64,000 nucleotides of DNA from a bacterium (GTDB lineage Bacteria; Patescibacteriota; UBA1384; VFKW01). Positions 47,413 to 57,472 of this stretch are shown piece by piece. Position 1 is the stretch's first letter. Every line of letters begins with the position of its first letter. Both the position numbers and the translations under genes were made by a program. The stretch is from contig JAUSIS010000009.1 of assembly GCA_030647355.1 (NCBI GenBank), forward strand, positions 512-64,511. The letters run 5' to 3'. The notes under the pieces were generated by a model, which was not told where the DNA came from, did not search any database, and was given only the letters and a program-made list of their open reading frames with translations.

Positions 47413-48740
47413 ATTATCTCCTTTTTAGTAATTCCCGGGACTGGATATTTTAGGGCGAATGATTTAATTTCTCCCTTTATATTAAGAAGTTCGGTATTTT
47501 GGGATATCTCTTTTCGAGCCTTTGTTATATATTCTTGACGCTCTGTCTTTTCTTGGGGAAGACGATACTTCTTTACCACGTTTAGAGCTTTGATAATCCA
47601 GCAGCCGATTAACTTCATATCCCGCTCTTTCATACCGCGAGTGGTGATAGCTGGAGTTCCCATGCGTATACCGCTTGGGTAAAAGGGAGAGCCGGGTTCT
47701 TTGGGGATAGTGTTTTTATTAGCAGTGATGCCAGCTGTTTCTAGGGCATCTTGAGCGAATACTCCGCCGCCTACTCCCAAAATCGGGACCAGATCAAGGA
47801 GTAACAAGTGGTTTTCGGTGCCGCTGCCTATCAGTTTAATCCCACCGTTTTGTAGAATTTTGGCTAGAGATTGGGCATTCTTAACAATTTGTTGTCCGTA
47901 TTTTTTGAAACTTTCGGTGCTTGCTTCCTTCAAGGCAATAGCAATAGCGGCAGTTTGATGATCGTGGGGACCTCCTTGTAAACCGGGAAAGACGGCTTTA
48001 TCAATTTTATCTGCCAATTCGGGGTCTTTATGTAATCCCTTCTCGGTTACCATAATTATTCCGCCACGCGGACCTCTTAGGGTCTTGTGGGTGGTTGTTG
48101 TTATAATGTGGGCATAATCTACAGGGCTGGGATGAACTCCGGCGGCAATTAACCCGGCAACATGGGCAATGTCCGCGGCATGATAGGCGCCGACACTATC
48201 AGCAATCTCACCAAAGGTTTTATAGTCATATTTATAAGAATAAGCCGTGGCGCCAGACCAAATTAGTTTGGGTTTGTTTTCTTTAGCTAAACGCCATATT
48301 TCATCGAAATCAATCCTACCGTTATCTTTAACATGGTACGGAATACTTTTATAAAAAATTGCTGTGGCGGAAACTTTCCAGCCATGTGTAAGGTGGCCGC
48401 CGTCAGGAAGATTCAAGCCCATAATAGTTTCGCCCGGGTCGCAGGTCGCAAGATAAACCGCGAGGTTTGCCGGGCTACCAGAATATGGCTGAACATTTGC
48501 ATGCGATACACCGAATAGCTTTTTGGCTCGCATTTGGGCGAGTATCTCTATATCATCAATAAATTCGTTTCCTCCATAGTAACGTTTTTTTGGATAGCCC
48601 TCGGAATATTTATTAGTTAAGATGCTACCCATGGCATCCATTACATCCTGAGATGTGTAATTTTCTGATGGAATCAGTTCGAGGCCTTCAAGCTGACGCC
48701 GGCTTTCTTTTTCAATAAAATTTTCCACTTCTTTATCCAT
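47409..48740 (-). CDS. glyA: serine hydroxymethyltransferase
   Basis: PLP-lysine block TTTTHKTLRGPRGG, YSGSPANLAVY. Confidence 0.9.
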   Translation of the reverse strand: MDKEVENFIEKESRRQLEGLELIPSENYTSQDVMDAMGSILTNKYSEGYPKKRYYGGNEFIDDIEILAQMRAKKLFGVSHANVQPYSGSPANLAVYLATCDPGETIMGLNLPDGGHLTHGWKVSATAIFYKSIPYHVKDNGRIDFDEIWRLAKENKPKLIWSGATAYSYKYDYKTFGEIADSVGAYHAADIAHVAGLIAAGVHPSPVDYAHIITTTTHKTLRGPRGGIIMVTEKGLHKDPELADKIDKAVFPGLQGGPHDHQTAAIAIALKEASTESFKKYGQQIVKNAQSLAKILQNGGIKLIGSGTENHLLLLDLVPILGVGGGVFAQDALETAGITANKNTIPKEPGSPFYPSGIRMGTPAITTRGMKERDMKLIGCWIIKALNVVKKYRLPQEKTERQEYITKARKEISQNTELLNIKGEIKSFALKYPVPGITKKEII

Positions 48741-48869
48741 GCAGACCTTTCGTGGGAAGATATTCTTTAACTTTTAATCTGTTTTCAATATAGTATCTTT
48801 TTTGGACAACTGCAAGTAAAACTTTTAATTCCCCTGTTTTTAGTATATACATATATAAGGAGGTATCAA

Positions 48870-49454
48870 ATGAGTAATAAATTGATATGTTTAGTGGGAA
48901 TGGCAGGGGCTGGAAAATCAGAAGTTGCAAATTACCTGATGAGCAAGAAAGAATTCGGCTTTTTTAGATTTGGACAAATTACCTTAGATACTATTAAAAA
49001 ACTGGGTCAAAAACCAACTGAAGCATTGGAGCGAGAGATACGCGAGGGACTAAGAAAAAAACATGGCATGGCAGCTTTTGCGATTCTAAACATGCCTAAA
49101 ATAGATGAATTATTAGTTAAGAGTGATGTTATTGGCGACGGACTCTATTCTTGGGAAGAATATTTGGTATTACAAGAAAAATATCCAAATAATTTTATTA
49201 CGATAGCAGTATATACTCCCCCTGGTCTAAGGTATGCTCGGTTAGAATCGCGATCAAATAGGCATGGCGAGGACAAAGATTTGCGTTTCAGGAGCTTTAC
49301 AAAAGAAGAAACCATAGCGAGAGATAAAGCTGAAATTGAGAACCTACATAAAGCGGGTCCAATCGCTATGGCCGATCATACTATTATAAATCAGGCTGGT
49401 CTTAATGATCTGAAGAAGCAAACGGATTCTATATTGGAACATATTTTCGGCTGA
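48870..49454 (+). CDS. P-loop nucleotide/nucleoside kinase family protein (dephospho-CoA kinase/adenylate kinase-like)
   Basis: Walker A GMAGAGKS; AAGGAGG SD. Confidence 0.5.
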   Translation: MSNKLICLVGMAGAGKSEVANYLMSKKEFGFFRFGQITLDTIKKLGQKPTEALEREIREGLRKKHGMAAFAILNMPKIDELLVKSDVIGDGLYSWEEYLVLQEKYPNNFITIAVYTPPGLRYARLESRSNRHGEDKDLRFRSFTKEETIARDKAEIENLHKAGPIAMADHTIINQAGLNDLKKQTDSILEHIFG

Positions 49455-49467
49455 CCTGTGTTATAAT

Positions 49468-49911
49468 TTGCTTATGAGTAAAGCTATAGCAGAAAATCGG
49501 AAAGCAAGATTTGATTATGATATTTTAGAAACCCTGGAAGCAGGGATTGTTTTGATTGGAGAGGAAGTTAAGGCAATTAGGGCTGGGAAAGTGAATTTAG
49601 CCGGGAGTTATGGGAAAATTTTAGCAATAGGCGGCAAACCGGAGGTTTGGCTAGTCGGAGCAAATATTGCTACAGCCGAGGGTGATCCCAGCAGAAGCCG
49701 CAAGCTACTTTTGAATCGCAGAGAAGTTGATAACTTAATCGGTAGGGCCCAAGAAAAAGGACTGACGATTTTACCTTTAAAAATGTATCTTAAGCGTGGC
49801 TATATTAAGCTTGAACTGGGAATAGGGCGCGGGAGAAAGAAATATGACAAGCGTGAAAGAATTAAAGAAAGGGAAGTCTCCAAAGAATTAAGGCAAAAGC
49901 GAATGAGCTAA
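49468..49911 (+). CDS. smpB: SsrA-binding protein
   Basis: NRKARFDY...EAGIVLIGEEVKAIRAGK...SRKLLLNRRE...KKYDKRE blocks. Confidence 0.85.
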   Translation: MLMSKAIAENRKARFDYDILETLEAGIVLIGEEVKAIRAGKVNLAGSYGKILAIGGKPEVWLVGANIATAEGDPSRSRKLLLNRREVDNLIGRAQEKGLTILPLKMYLKRGYIKLELGIGRGRKKYDKRERIKEREVSKELRQKRMS

Positions 49912-49957
49912 TTAGTTTAGATAATTTTTATTACTAAATTAGATTTGTGTTCAATAG

Positions 49958-50725
49958 CTATTTGGTGGAATAGCGATTAACTTCCAGTTCGGCATCACTG
50001 AGCGATTGTTGCATTTTAAGAACAAGTTTTTGTGAATCTGCGAGCGATTGTAAGAATTGCTCAAATGTTGAATTTGTATTAAAGTTTTTATCTATTCCGG
50101 AAACTAGTTGCTGATTGGTGCTTATGACAACTCGAATTTGTGATAGGATAGACTCAGCCTCCTCAACCTTGCTATTTAGGAGAGTGACATCTTTATTTTG
50201 AGATTTAAGTCGAGCCGATTCTGTTTTGATCGCATCTATATTTGATGCAGTATCGGTAGTGATATTGTCAAATTCGGAATTGAGCATTTGAGCTAGTGAA
50301 CTTTTATATAGAGTATGAGTGGACTGCCATAGATCAAGGATTAATTTTGAAATTGTTTTGAGATCATTTAGATTTTCAGCTAAAGCGATTTTGCTACTTT
50401 GTGCAACTATCTTATCAACTGACGTTTGGATAATGACAGCGAGTTGATTTTTTTGAGTTTGATCAATGCTCTGGAGGGTAAATATCATGTCTCGGTCACT
50501 ACTCAAAGAAACAACTAAAATGGAGGATATCTTAATTAGCTGTTCTTTTTTTATTGCCAGATATTCAGGACTTTCTTGGTTTGAGGATAATGTCGGTATT
50601 TTAGTTTTTATTTTTTGGTATTCGGAAATCGGTCCTTTTAAGTCCAAAGCGCGAGTAGATATTGGGGAAAGGAGGATAATTAATAATATGATGATTGTAA
50701 TTTTTAGATAATATTTCATAATCAA
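49958..50725 (-). CDS. secreted hypothetical protein
   Basis: Signal peptide; Ser/Gln-rich coiled-coil-like sequence. Confidence 0.4.
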   Translation of the reverse strand: MIMKYYLKITIIILLIILLSPISTRALDLKGPISEYQKIKTKIPTLSSNQESPEYLAIKKEQLIKISSILVVSLSSDRDMIFTLQSIDQTQKNQLAVIIQTSVDKIVAQSSKIALAENLNDLKTISKLILDLWQSTHTLYKSSLAQMLNSEFDNITTDTASNIDAIKTESARLKSQNKDVTLLNSKVEEAESILSQIRVVISTNQQLVSGIDKNFNTNSTFEQFLQSLADSQKLVLKMQQSLSDAELEVNRYSTK

Positions 50726-50994
50726 AAATTTTGTAAATCTTTAATAACATCACCCAGAGTATCATTAGAGTTCTCTTTCAGCACGGCAATATCTGCATTA
50801 AGGGCATTTAATGACTGGGAGATTCGTTGATTTTTTTCAACTTGTAAATCAGGATTATTAGTTATGATTCGTTTTACAATTGTAGTACTTGGCTCACTGT
50901 CAGCACTTAAACTGCCATAATAATAGAAGTATGACAAGATTATTATCAGTAGTATTGAAAGGGTAATTAATATATTTTTCCAATAATGCTTCAT
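50722..50994 (-). CDS. small membrane-anchored hypothetical protein
   Basis: N-terminal TM; 4-bp overlap with downstream gene. Confidence 0.4.
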   Translation of the reverse strand: MKHYWKNILITLSILLIIILSYFYYYGSLSADSEPSTTIVKRIITNNPDLQVEKNQRISQSLNALNADIAVLKENSNDTLGDVIKDLQNF

Positions 50995-51087
50995 TGAGCT
51001 CCTTTATTTAGAGTAGGTTAAGGCTAAGCTATTGTCAAGAAAACAAAATTTATTGCTTTTAGATAGTATTTCTTTTAAGTTTAATCT

Positions 51088-52479
51088 ATGAGGAAGTGTC
51101 TGTTAGTTATTTTTATTATTGGCTTGGCGATGAATATTCTAGGTTTGATTTGGCCGATTGGTCAGGATGAGGGAGTCTTTTTAGCTGTAGCCAAGCAAAT
51201 CAACCATGGTTTTTTACCTTATCGAGATATATTTGACCATAAACCGCCTGGGCTTTATTATTTTTTAAGTATATTTACAAATTTTACAAATTCGCCAGTG
51301 ACTATCCGATTACTTTTTTTACTCATTAACTTGCTGACTTGTTACATGATTTATAGAATCGGCCGAAACCGGTTTAGTGAAGCACATGGTTTGCTGGCGG
51401 CTGGGTTATATTTACTTATTTTACCACTATACGAGGGGCACTTAATACTAACAGAACCTCTAATGTCATTTTTTTTGGTAATTGGTTTATATCTTTATTT
51501 GTTATTTCTGGAAACTAAGAAAAATGTAATGATTTTCCTTGTTGGGGCATCGGTTGGCTTAGCTATGTTATGTAAGCAGCCGGCGTTAATTAATTTTGTG
51601 ACAATATTGCTGTTGCTAATTACAATGAAGAAGTGGGGAAATCTAAAGTATTTAATATTCCTCATGGGTGGATTAGTAGCTGTTTGGCTACCATGGGTAG
51701 GATATTATCAATATATGCATCAATTTGGAGGGTTTTGGCAACAAGTTATAGAACTCAATTTAACCAGTTACCCATCTTTGGATGATACGGAAAATGTTAA
51801 GAGATTAGCTTTGTCGGTCGCACAGTCTAGTATTGTTTGGTTTATGACATTCGGCGGTTTGGTGGGTTTCGTGCTTGCGATTTGGAAAAAAAAATATCCA
51901 TCATTGGAAAACATTGCGATTCTGACAATGGCTTTTATTCCGATCCCAATCTTATTTTACAGGCAATATCCCCATTATTGGCTTCAGGTCTTGCCATTTA
52001 TTTGCCTAGTTGCAGTGTCATTTTACCATAAAACTCGCTTCAAATATTTTCTTAATATACTAATAATTGCATGTGGTTTTCTTTCGTTATTAAATTTTGT
52101 ATATACTACTCTTGCAATTAAGGTGCCTCAAAGAAACGAGCAGTTGGAGATAAGTGAAAAAGTAAGAAATGGTACTTTGATTACAGATAAAGTATATTCA
52201 AATCGGGTATTTACAGGATTATATTTCTTGGCCGATAGACTGCCTGTTTCGCGTTATTTGTATGTCAGTGAAATAAACGAGAATTCGAAAGCGCAGGATT
52301 CGATTATAAAGAGTATAAAAATAAATAAACCAAAATTTATAGTTTGGCTACCAAAAAATAAGCAGTATAAGGATTCATATACAAAAGCAATCGGTGAGCA
52401 AATTAGTATATACTATAGACCAGTTGCACGTTACCCCAATACTGGCTTAACTTTGTATCGGGTTAGCGAACAACAATAG
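51088..52479 (+). CDS. GT-C fold glycosyltransferase (PMT_2/ArnT-like, family 39/83-like)
   Basis: 11+ TM helices; first extracytoplasmic loop WPIGQDEGVFLAVAKQI (DE motif), FDHKPPGLYYF. Confidence 0.65.
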   Translation: MRKCLLVIFIIGLAMNILGLIWPIGQDEGVFLAVAKQINHGFLPYRDIFDHKPPGLYYFLSIFTNFTNSPVTIRLLFLLINLLTCYMIYRIGRNRFSEAHGLLAAGLYLLILPLYEGHLILTEPLMSFFLVIGLYLYLLFLETKKNVMIFLVGASVGLAMLCKQPALINFVTILLLLITMKKWGNLKYLIFLMGGLVAVWLPWVGYYQYMHQFGGFWQQVIELNLTSYPSLDDTENVKRLALSVAQSSIVWFMTFGGLVGFVLAIWKKKYPSLENIAILTMAFIPIPILFYRQYPHYWLQVLPFICLVAVSFYHKTRFKYFLNILIIACGFLSLLNFVYTTLAIKVPQRNEQLEISEKVRNGTLITDKVYSNRVFTGLYFLADRLPVSRYLYVSEINENSKAQDSIIKSIKINKPKFIVWLPKNKQYKDSYTKAIGEQISIYYRPVARYPNTGLTLYRVSEQQ

Positions 52480-54523
52480 CAGTATTGCCAAACCAATGCC
52501 AGTATGAGTTGAATAGGGCAATATTATAATCCTTGCGCGGCCACCATGGGTCACTTACGGAGAAGGTTTTTGGATTATCCACTGTGCCAGTAAAGCCATT
52601 AACAACAACGGCATGCATGCCATTAACGGCGCGGATAGAAGTACCATCGGGTGTTTTCCATGATCTTTCAAAGCTTGGCCAGACGCCATTCACCCACCAG
52701 ATAACCACAGGGTTGCCATTAGCAATTTCGGTGGCAATTCCCTGGACATTCCAATTTTGTTTGATTTCGGCGGGGCGATGATAGTTTATTGCTTTGGCAA
52801 CAGGCGCCCAATGCACACCATATCCGGTACCTTTCGGACTACCCATTAGTGTACCGACAAATCCTACATCAGGATTTCCCCAGATATTGTTGGCAGTGTT
52901 CAGTGGTGTTGAATCGTATCCCACCTCGCTAAGTAAGCCCATTTCGGAAATATTTACTCCTTTGAAAGCAAGAGCCATACGAGCCGCTACAATACCGCAG
53001 GTATAGTAATGTTCTTGTTTATAAAAAGGTATGTTTAATTTCACTACCTGGTCAATGGTCGTGAATTTCGAAGAAAAGGTTTGGTTGGAATCTAGTCCTT
53101 TAGTTGATTTTATGCCGGCGGATAATGAAGCAGTATAAGAGGTACTATACTGATAGTTTGCCGATGGCTGGAACGTCATAATATTACCATGCCAGCTAAA
53201 GTTACCGGCTACTAGCGGAGAAATGCTAAAGTTTTTTTCGGCTGATTCGTGATCTACCTCTTGATTAAATGTAGCGATTATTGCTTTACTTAGACCGATT
53301 CGGCTGGAGCTATTAGCTGGAGAAAAAGAAGCCGTGACTGGACCTATTGTAGTGAACTGTGATATATAGTTGCTTTCGAACGGCATACCATACTTTGTAC
53401 TGGCAGATTGGCTGAGAATTATCTTGTATTGGGTATTTTTAGTGAAAACATTAGTTGGAATAAATGTCAGGTTAGTATCCCCTTCCCATGTAAAGTTTCC
53501 GGAAGTAACAGGTGAGATAGACCAAGCTTTTTTAACCGACTCAGTGTCCATTGGCTGGCGGAATTCAATTTTGATTGCCGTGTCCACTAATATACCACTG
53601 CCTGTTGGAGAAATCGATTTAACCGACGGGGAGACGACTGTTTTAAATGTTGAACCACCTACTTCTTGCGATTCCCCCCGTCTAATGACCTTATGACTTT
53701 TAAAGCTGTAGGCAATTGGAATTCGAAAAATTTTCAATTGATAAGTAAGGCCTTTCTGTAGCGGTGTTTCAGGTTTAACAACAATTGTTTTATTACCATT
53801 TTTTTTAATTGAAAGTTTTACCTCGGGAATTAGTTGGAAACTCCATTGTGTACGATATTGGTCACTAAAGTCAAAACTAACTACAATATCTTGATTAATA
53901 TCTACATTTTCTTCCCCGTTTTTTGGTAAGATCGAGGTAATTCCCGGTGATGGCGGAGTGTGCAGACTAAAAAGATACTCTTTACTTTTGGCTAGACCGA
54001 AGACACCTCCTGCCGAAGAGAGGGTAACTGAGTACTCTGCGTCAGGAGGTAGTGTTATTTGGGGATAAAAATAGAAACTGTGTTCCATGCGACCATGATT
54101 GAATTGAAAGCGATTTATCGTAATGCCAGCAATAGGCGGCTTGATTTGTATCTTAATCTCATTAGAGTTAACTGGGCGATCAAATGTAAAAATAATAGGA
54201 TGGGATTCATCGATATTCTTAGTACCGAAAGACGGATTGCGGGGAAAAATTATTTTGGGAGAGTTAATTACTATTATTAATACTACAGCCAAAGCGACAA
54301 GGAGTAGTCCAGATATAAGTAGAATTTTTCTTTTTGAGATAAAATTCAGTATTGAATAAAAGATTGATTTGATTTTAGATAAAGTAAAAATAGATTTGAC
54401 ATTCAGGGGATGAAGTATTTTTGAGATTATAGACAATATTATTATTAGGAATATCAGGGTAAGGGTAATCCAGAGAGTGTAATACAATAGTACGATTGTA
54501 ATTATTTCTTTTTTGTCAATCAT
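52463..54523 (-). CDS. membrane-anchored protein with Ig-like (SbsA_Ig/Big-type) repeats and C-terminal papain-like C39-family peptidase domain
   Basis: N-terminal TM; repeated beta-rich 90-aa modules; C-terminal YYTCGIVAARMALAF (Cys nucleophile) ... HAVVVNG (His); 17-bp tail-to-tail overlap with GT-C gene. Confidence 0.5.
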   Translation of the reverse strand: MIDKKEIITIVLLYYTLWITLTLIFLIIILSIISKILHPLNVKSIFTLSKIKSIFYSILNFISKRKILLISGLLLVALAVVLIIVINSPKIIFPRNPSFGTKNIDESHPIIFTFDRPVNSNEIKIQIKPPIAGITINRFQFNHGRMEHSFYFYPQITLPPDAEYSVTLSSAGGVFGLAKSKEYLFSLHTPPSPGITSILPKNGEENVDINQDIVVSFDFSDQYRTQWSFQLIPEVKLSIKKNGNKTIVVKPETPLQKGLTYQLKIFRIPIAYSFKSHKVIRRGESQEVGGSTFKTVVSPSVKSISPTGSGILVDTAIKIEFRQPMDTESVKKAWSISPVTSGNFTWEGDTNLTFIPTNVFTKNTQYKIILSQSASTKYGMPFESNYISQFTTIGPVTASFSPANSSSRIGLSKAIIATFNQEVDHESAEKNFSISPLVAGNFSWHGNIMTFQPSANYQYSTSYTASLSAGIKSTKGLDSNQTFSSKFTTIDQVVKLNIPFYKQEHYYTCGIVAARMALAFKGVNISEMGLLSEVGYDSTPLNTANNIWGNPDVGFVGTLMGSPKGTGYGVHWAPVAKAINYHRPAEIKQNWNVQGIATEIANGNPVVIWWVNGVWPSFERSWKTPDGTSIRAVNGMHAVVVNGFTGTVDNPKTFSVSDPWWPRKDYNIALFNSYWHWFGNTAIVVR

Positions 54524-57420
54524 TGTGCGCTCTCCGGTAAAGTGAAGGCTTGGTAAACTTGTTCGGTAGTGGCATAGATGACCGGACCATTATCCAGATC
54601 ATAGTAGAATTGATCTACGTAAGTGAATAGTTCATCAACTCTTTTTTGTTCGGCAGAATTAAACCAGTGTGGATGAGTAAGATAGGTTATTTGCTGTTTT
54701 TGGGAAAGTGGCGAGCCGTTGTAGTTCATTTTAAATCTCTGGATCATATCTTGAGCTGAAAAAGAGTAAGAATCCGCTCCGTTATTGGGAATTTCGAGAA
54801 GTGACAGATTGGGGGACGGGTATGAAGAATTTTGGTTTGACACAGACGGATAGTAAGGTCGGTCAGTCGGCTTTAAATCCCAAAAACCGGGTTGTTTTCT
54901 AGCGCCAAAGGCGTAGGTAGTTCGACCGGAACTGTCAACTTTGATTCCAGCGTCTTGAATTGCACGCAGGGTTTCTTCATTGGCATACCAGCCGCCAGTG
55001 CGGTAAGCCGTCGGCACTCCTAATCCGTTCAGTTCAAAATATTGTTTAGCGCGGTTTATCATTTTTAAAATTTCGTCGTAGCTGTAGGCGGTTGTCAAGA
55101 TATCATAGCCATCTTGGTAAAAACCCCAGCGGGGACTGTCTTTAACTATTACGCCGGAATCGCTGACAAAATCCGGGAACATATGGAGGTGAAGTGCTAT
55201 CTGTTCGCCAAAATTGTCTCGGCGGTTTTTTACCCAATCGGTCAGGTATTGACGTCGTTCAGGTGAAATATTAGGGGCGGTATAAATTCGCGGACTGAAG
55301 AAATGCGTCATTTTTATACTGTGGTGTTTGAGGGAAAGCTGTTCCATATCATTCAGGTAGGATTGGCTCACGTCATAGCCCTCCCAATCCCAACTCCAAG
55401 TTACATAAAGAGGGTACGAAACGTTGAAACCAATACTTTGGCTCAATTCAGTCTCGCCCCTTGCATCCTCAATGATGCATCTTGCTCGATAGGAGCCCGG
55501 CGAAAGAGAGGAAACATCAATTTGGGCTTCCCATATATTTTCTTCGGTTTGAGAAGGAGACAGGGTTCCATTTAATCCTGTGCCAACCACTTCATATTTG
55601 ACCAGCAAGCTAGTATTTCGAGAGGATTGTTTGGATTCTAAGGTTAGAATTAGTGGTTCGGTTTTGGCAATATAATCGCTTTTTAAAAACCATTGACGAT
55701 TACTTTTTGCAAAATATGGGCGTGTTTCTTCTCCGCTTAGAATAAGTTCGGCCAGCGAATTAGTGCTTGAAACAATTGTGTTGGTTAAGGGAGAGTCGGC
55801 CAATAGATTACCATAGTAAAGAAAGTACTGCAGAGAAGTTTTGTTTGCACCAATGTTATTTGACAGCTGGAAAGAAACAAGAGAATTATCGCTATTCCAG
55901 TTATTAACAATCTGGCGGGGAATATCATGAAAACTATGACCGTCAAAGAATAATATCCTTATGTCATTGCCACTAATAAGTGATTTTTGGTCTTGGACTA
56001 GCTGGCGGTGGTTAATGGAGAGCAGAACTGGCGTTCCAGATTTTATCATAGTAACGGACTGGTTATTTTTTATTGTGATTGGCTGTTTGTATGAATACTC
56101 CATATTCCACCATCTAGTACTTCTTTTCGGTTCAGCAAATATTTTATTTTGGGTTGCTGTAAAAAAAGATATCATGGCAAAAAATAAGGCGATACCGACA
56201 GCTACATAGGCAAATCGGAAGTGAAATTTAGGCTTATGACTGATATCCTCTGCGATTTGGTAGATCGGGGGGAGATAAGATTGGTTATAGGAAAAAAATG
56301 GACGCCCGCTACTTTCTCTAACAAAAGTTAGGTGAAAGCCGAAATTGAATGGGACAAAAGTAGCCAGGGCTAGGGAAGTAAGTATTAGGACGATCAACAT
56401 TACCGCAACTAAAATTGGGGAGCTTACAGTGATACCACCTGCCATTTTGTATAGTTTCAGTAGAAAAATGTGGGCCCAATAAAGGGCAAGAGCATTTTGA
56501 CCCAAGAGCAAGAGAGTATCACGAATAAAGGGATGGTGGCGATATTCTTTTGAAGAGTAAACATTTCTAAAGAGGATAAAAATGGCTAATAAGCCAGTTA
56601 GTAGAAATGGCACAGAAGGAGGCCAGCGCAGAAAGATATGGGAAATGGGAGTATTCATTAATAAATAAACTGCGACAGAAATAATCAAAATTCCTGCGGT
56701 TAGCCAAAGGAGTATCTGTGAAGTAATACCTTTTTCTTTAACATTCGAGGTATTAACAAGGTACCGTCCCCATTGCAAACCGAAGATATAAATAGGGAAA
56801 TATTGAAAGATTGGGAAACGATAAATCGAGTCGTGACCTACTAATAATGCTTTCCACGGAATCAGATATGAAGGCAAAGATATGTGATACAGGAGCATAC
56901 CAAGCGCGTAAATGCCAAGAGATACCGTGATCGCAAGAGGTATGTTCTCCGCCAGTTTGGTCATCGTTTTGCGCAGGGGAATTATTAGGAGACTAAACAG
57001 CAAAAACGGAATTAAAAATTCAGTATAGGAAGGGACATTGCGGAAAAGTAGGACATCGAGAATTAGCCGCAATTGATCATATAGAGAGGCGGATATTATT
57101 TTGTCAAATAAACTTATACAGACCAAAACATAGTATGAGCCTAATAAAAGACCTAATCGCCTACCAATATGGTGAAAGAGAGTTTTTTCAGAGTAATGAT
57201 TCTTTAAATAAACCAAGTAAGCGATAGCACCAGATAGAAAAAGAAATATTGTAAAAGTAATTGTATTAATGGATATGACAAGATAATGAAGGAATGTACT
57301 AGATCCATCGTGATAAAAATCGATCGCATGAGCAATGATCATTATAAGAACGACAATCCCCCGTATTATGTCGAGGGAATAATCTCGAGCTGGTTTTGAA
57401 TTACTCAAATGGTTAGGCAC
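54520..57420 (-). CDS. acyltransferase-3/DUF1624-like polytopic membrane domain fused to large extracytoplasmic domain (possible deacetylase/glycoside-hydrolase-like)
   Basis: N-terminal RDYSLDIIRGIVVLIMIIAHAIDF motif and 10 TM helices; C-terminal 550 aa soluble domain with HLHMF, HPHWF His pairs; 4-bp overlap with downstream gene. Confidence 0.45.
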   Translation of the reverse strand: MPNHLSNSKPARDYSLDIIRGIVVLIMIIAHAIDFYHDGSSTFLHYLVISINTITFTIFLFLSGAIAYLVYLKNHYSEKTLFHHIGRRLGLLLGSYYVLVCISLFDKIISASLYDQLRLILDVLLFRNVPSYTEFLIPFLLFSLLIIPLRKTMTKLAENIPLAITVSLGIYALGMLLYHISLPSYLIPWKALLVGHDSIYRFPIFQYFPIYIFGLQWGRYLVNTSNVKEKGITSQILLWLTAGILIISVAVYLLMNTPISHIFLRWPPSVPFLLTGLLAIFILFRNVYSSKEYRHHPFIRDTLLLLGQNALALYWAHIFLLKLYKMAGGITVSSPILVAVMLIVLILTSLALATFVPFNFGFHLTFVRESSGRPFFSYNQSYLPPIYQIAEDISHKPKFHFRFAYVAVGIALFFAMISFFTATQNKIFAEPKRSTRWWNMEYSYKQPITIKNNQSVTMIKSGTPVLLSINHRQLVQDQKSLISGNDIRILFFDGHSFHDIPRQIVNNWNSDNSLVSFQLSNNIGANKTSLQYFLYYGNLLADSPLTNTIVSSTNSLAELILSGEETRPYFAKSNRQWFLKSDYIAKTEPLILTLESKQSSRNTSLLVKYEVVGTGLNGTLSPSQTEENIWEAQIDVSSLSPGSYRARCIIEDARGETELSQSIGFNVSYPLYVTWSWDWEGYDVSQSYLNDMEQLSLKHHSIKMTHFFSPRIYTAPNISPERRQYLTDWVKNRRDNFGEQIALHLHMFPDFVSDSGVIVKDSPRWGFYQDGYDILTTAYSYDEILKMINRAKQYFELNGLGVPTAYRTGGWYANEETLRAIQDAGIKVDSSGRTTYAFGARKQPGFWDLKPTDRPYYPSVSNQNSSYPSPNLSLLEIPNNGADSYSFSAQDMIQRFKMNYNGSPLSQKQQITYLTHPHWFNSAEQKRVDELFTYVDQFYYDLDNGPVIYATTEQVYQAFTLPESAQ

Positions 57421-57472
57421 AATCAGCCCCTCCTAAATAAATTATAGCACAGATTAGATTAATTTATGATTA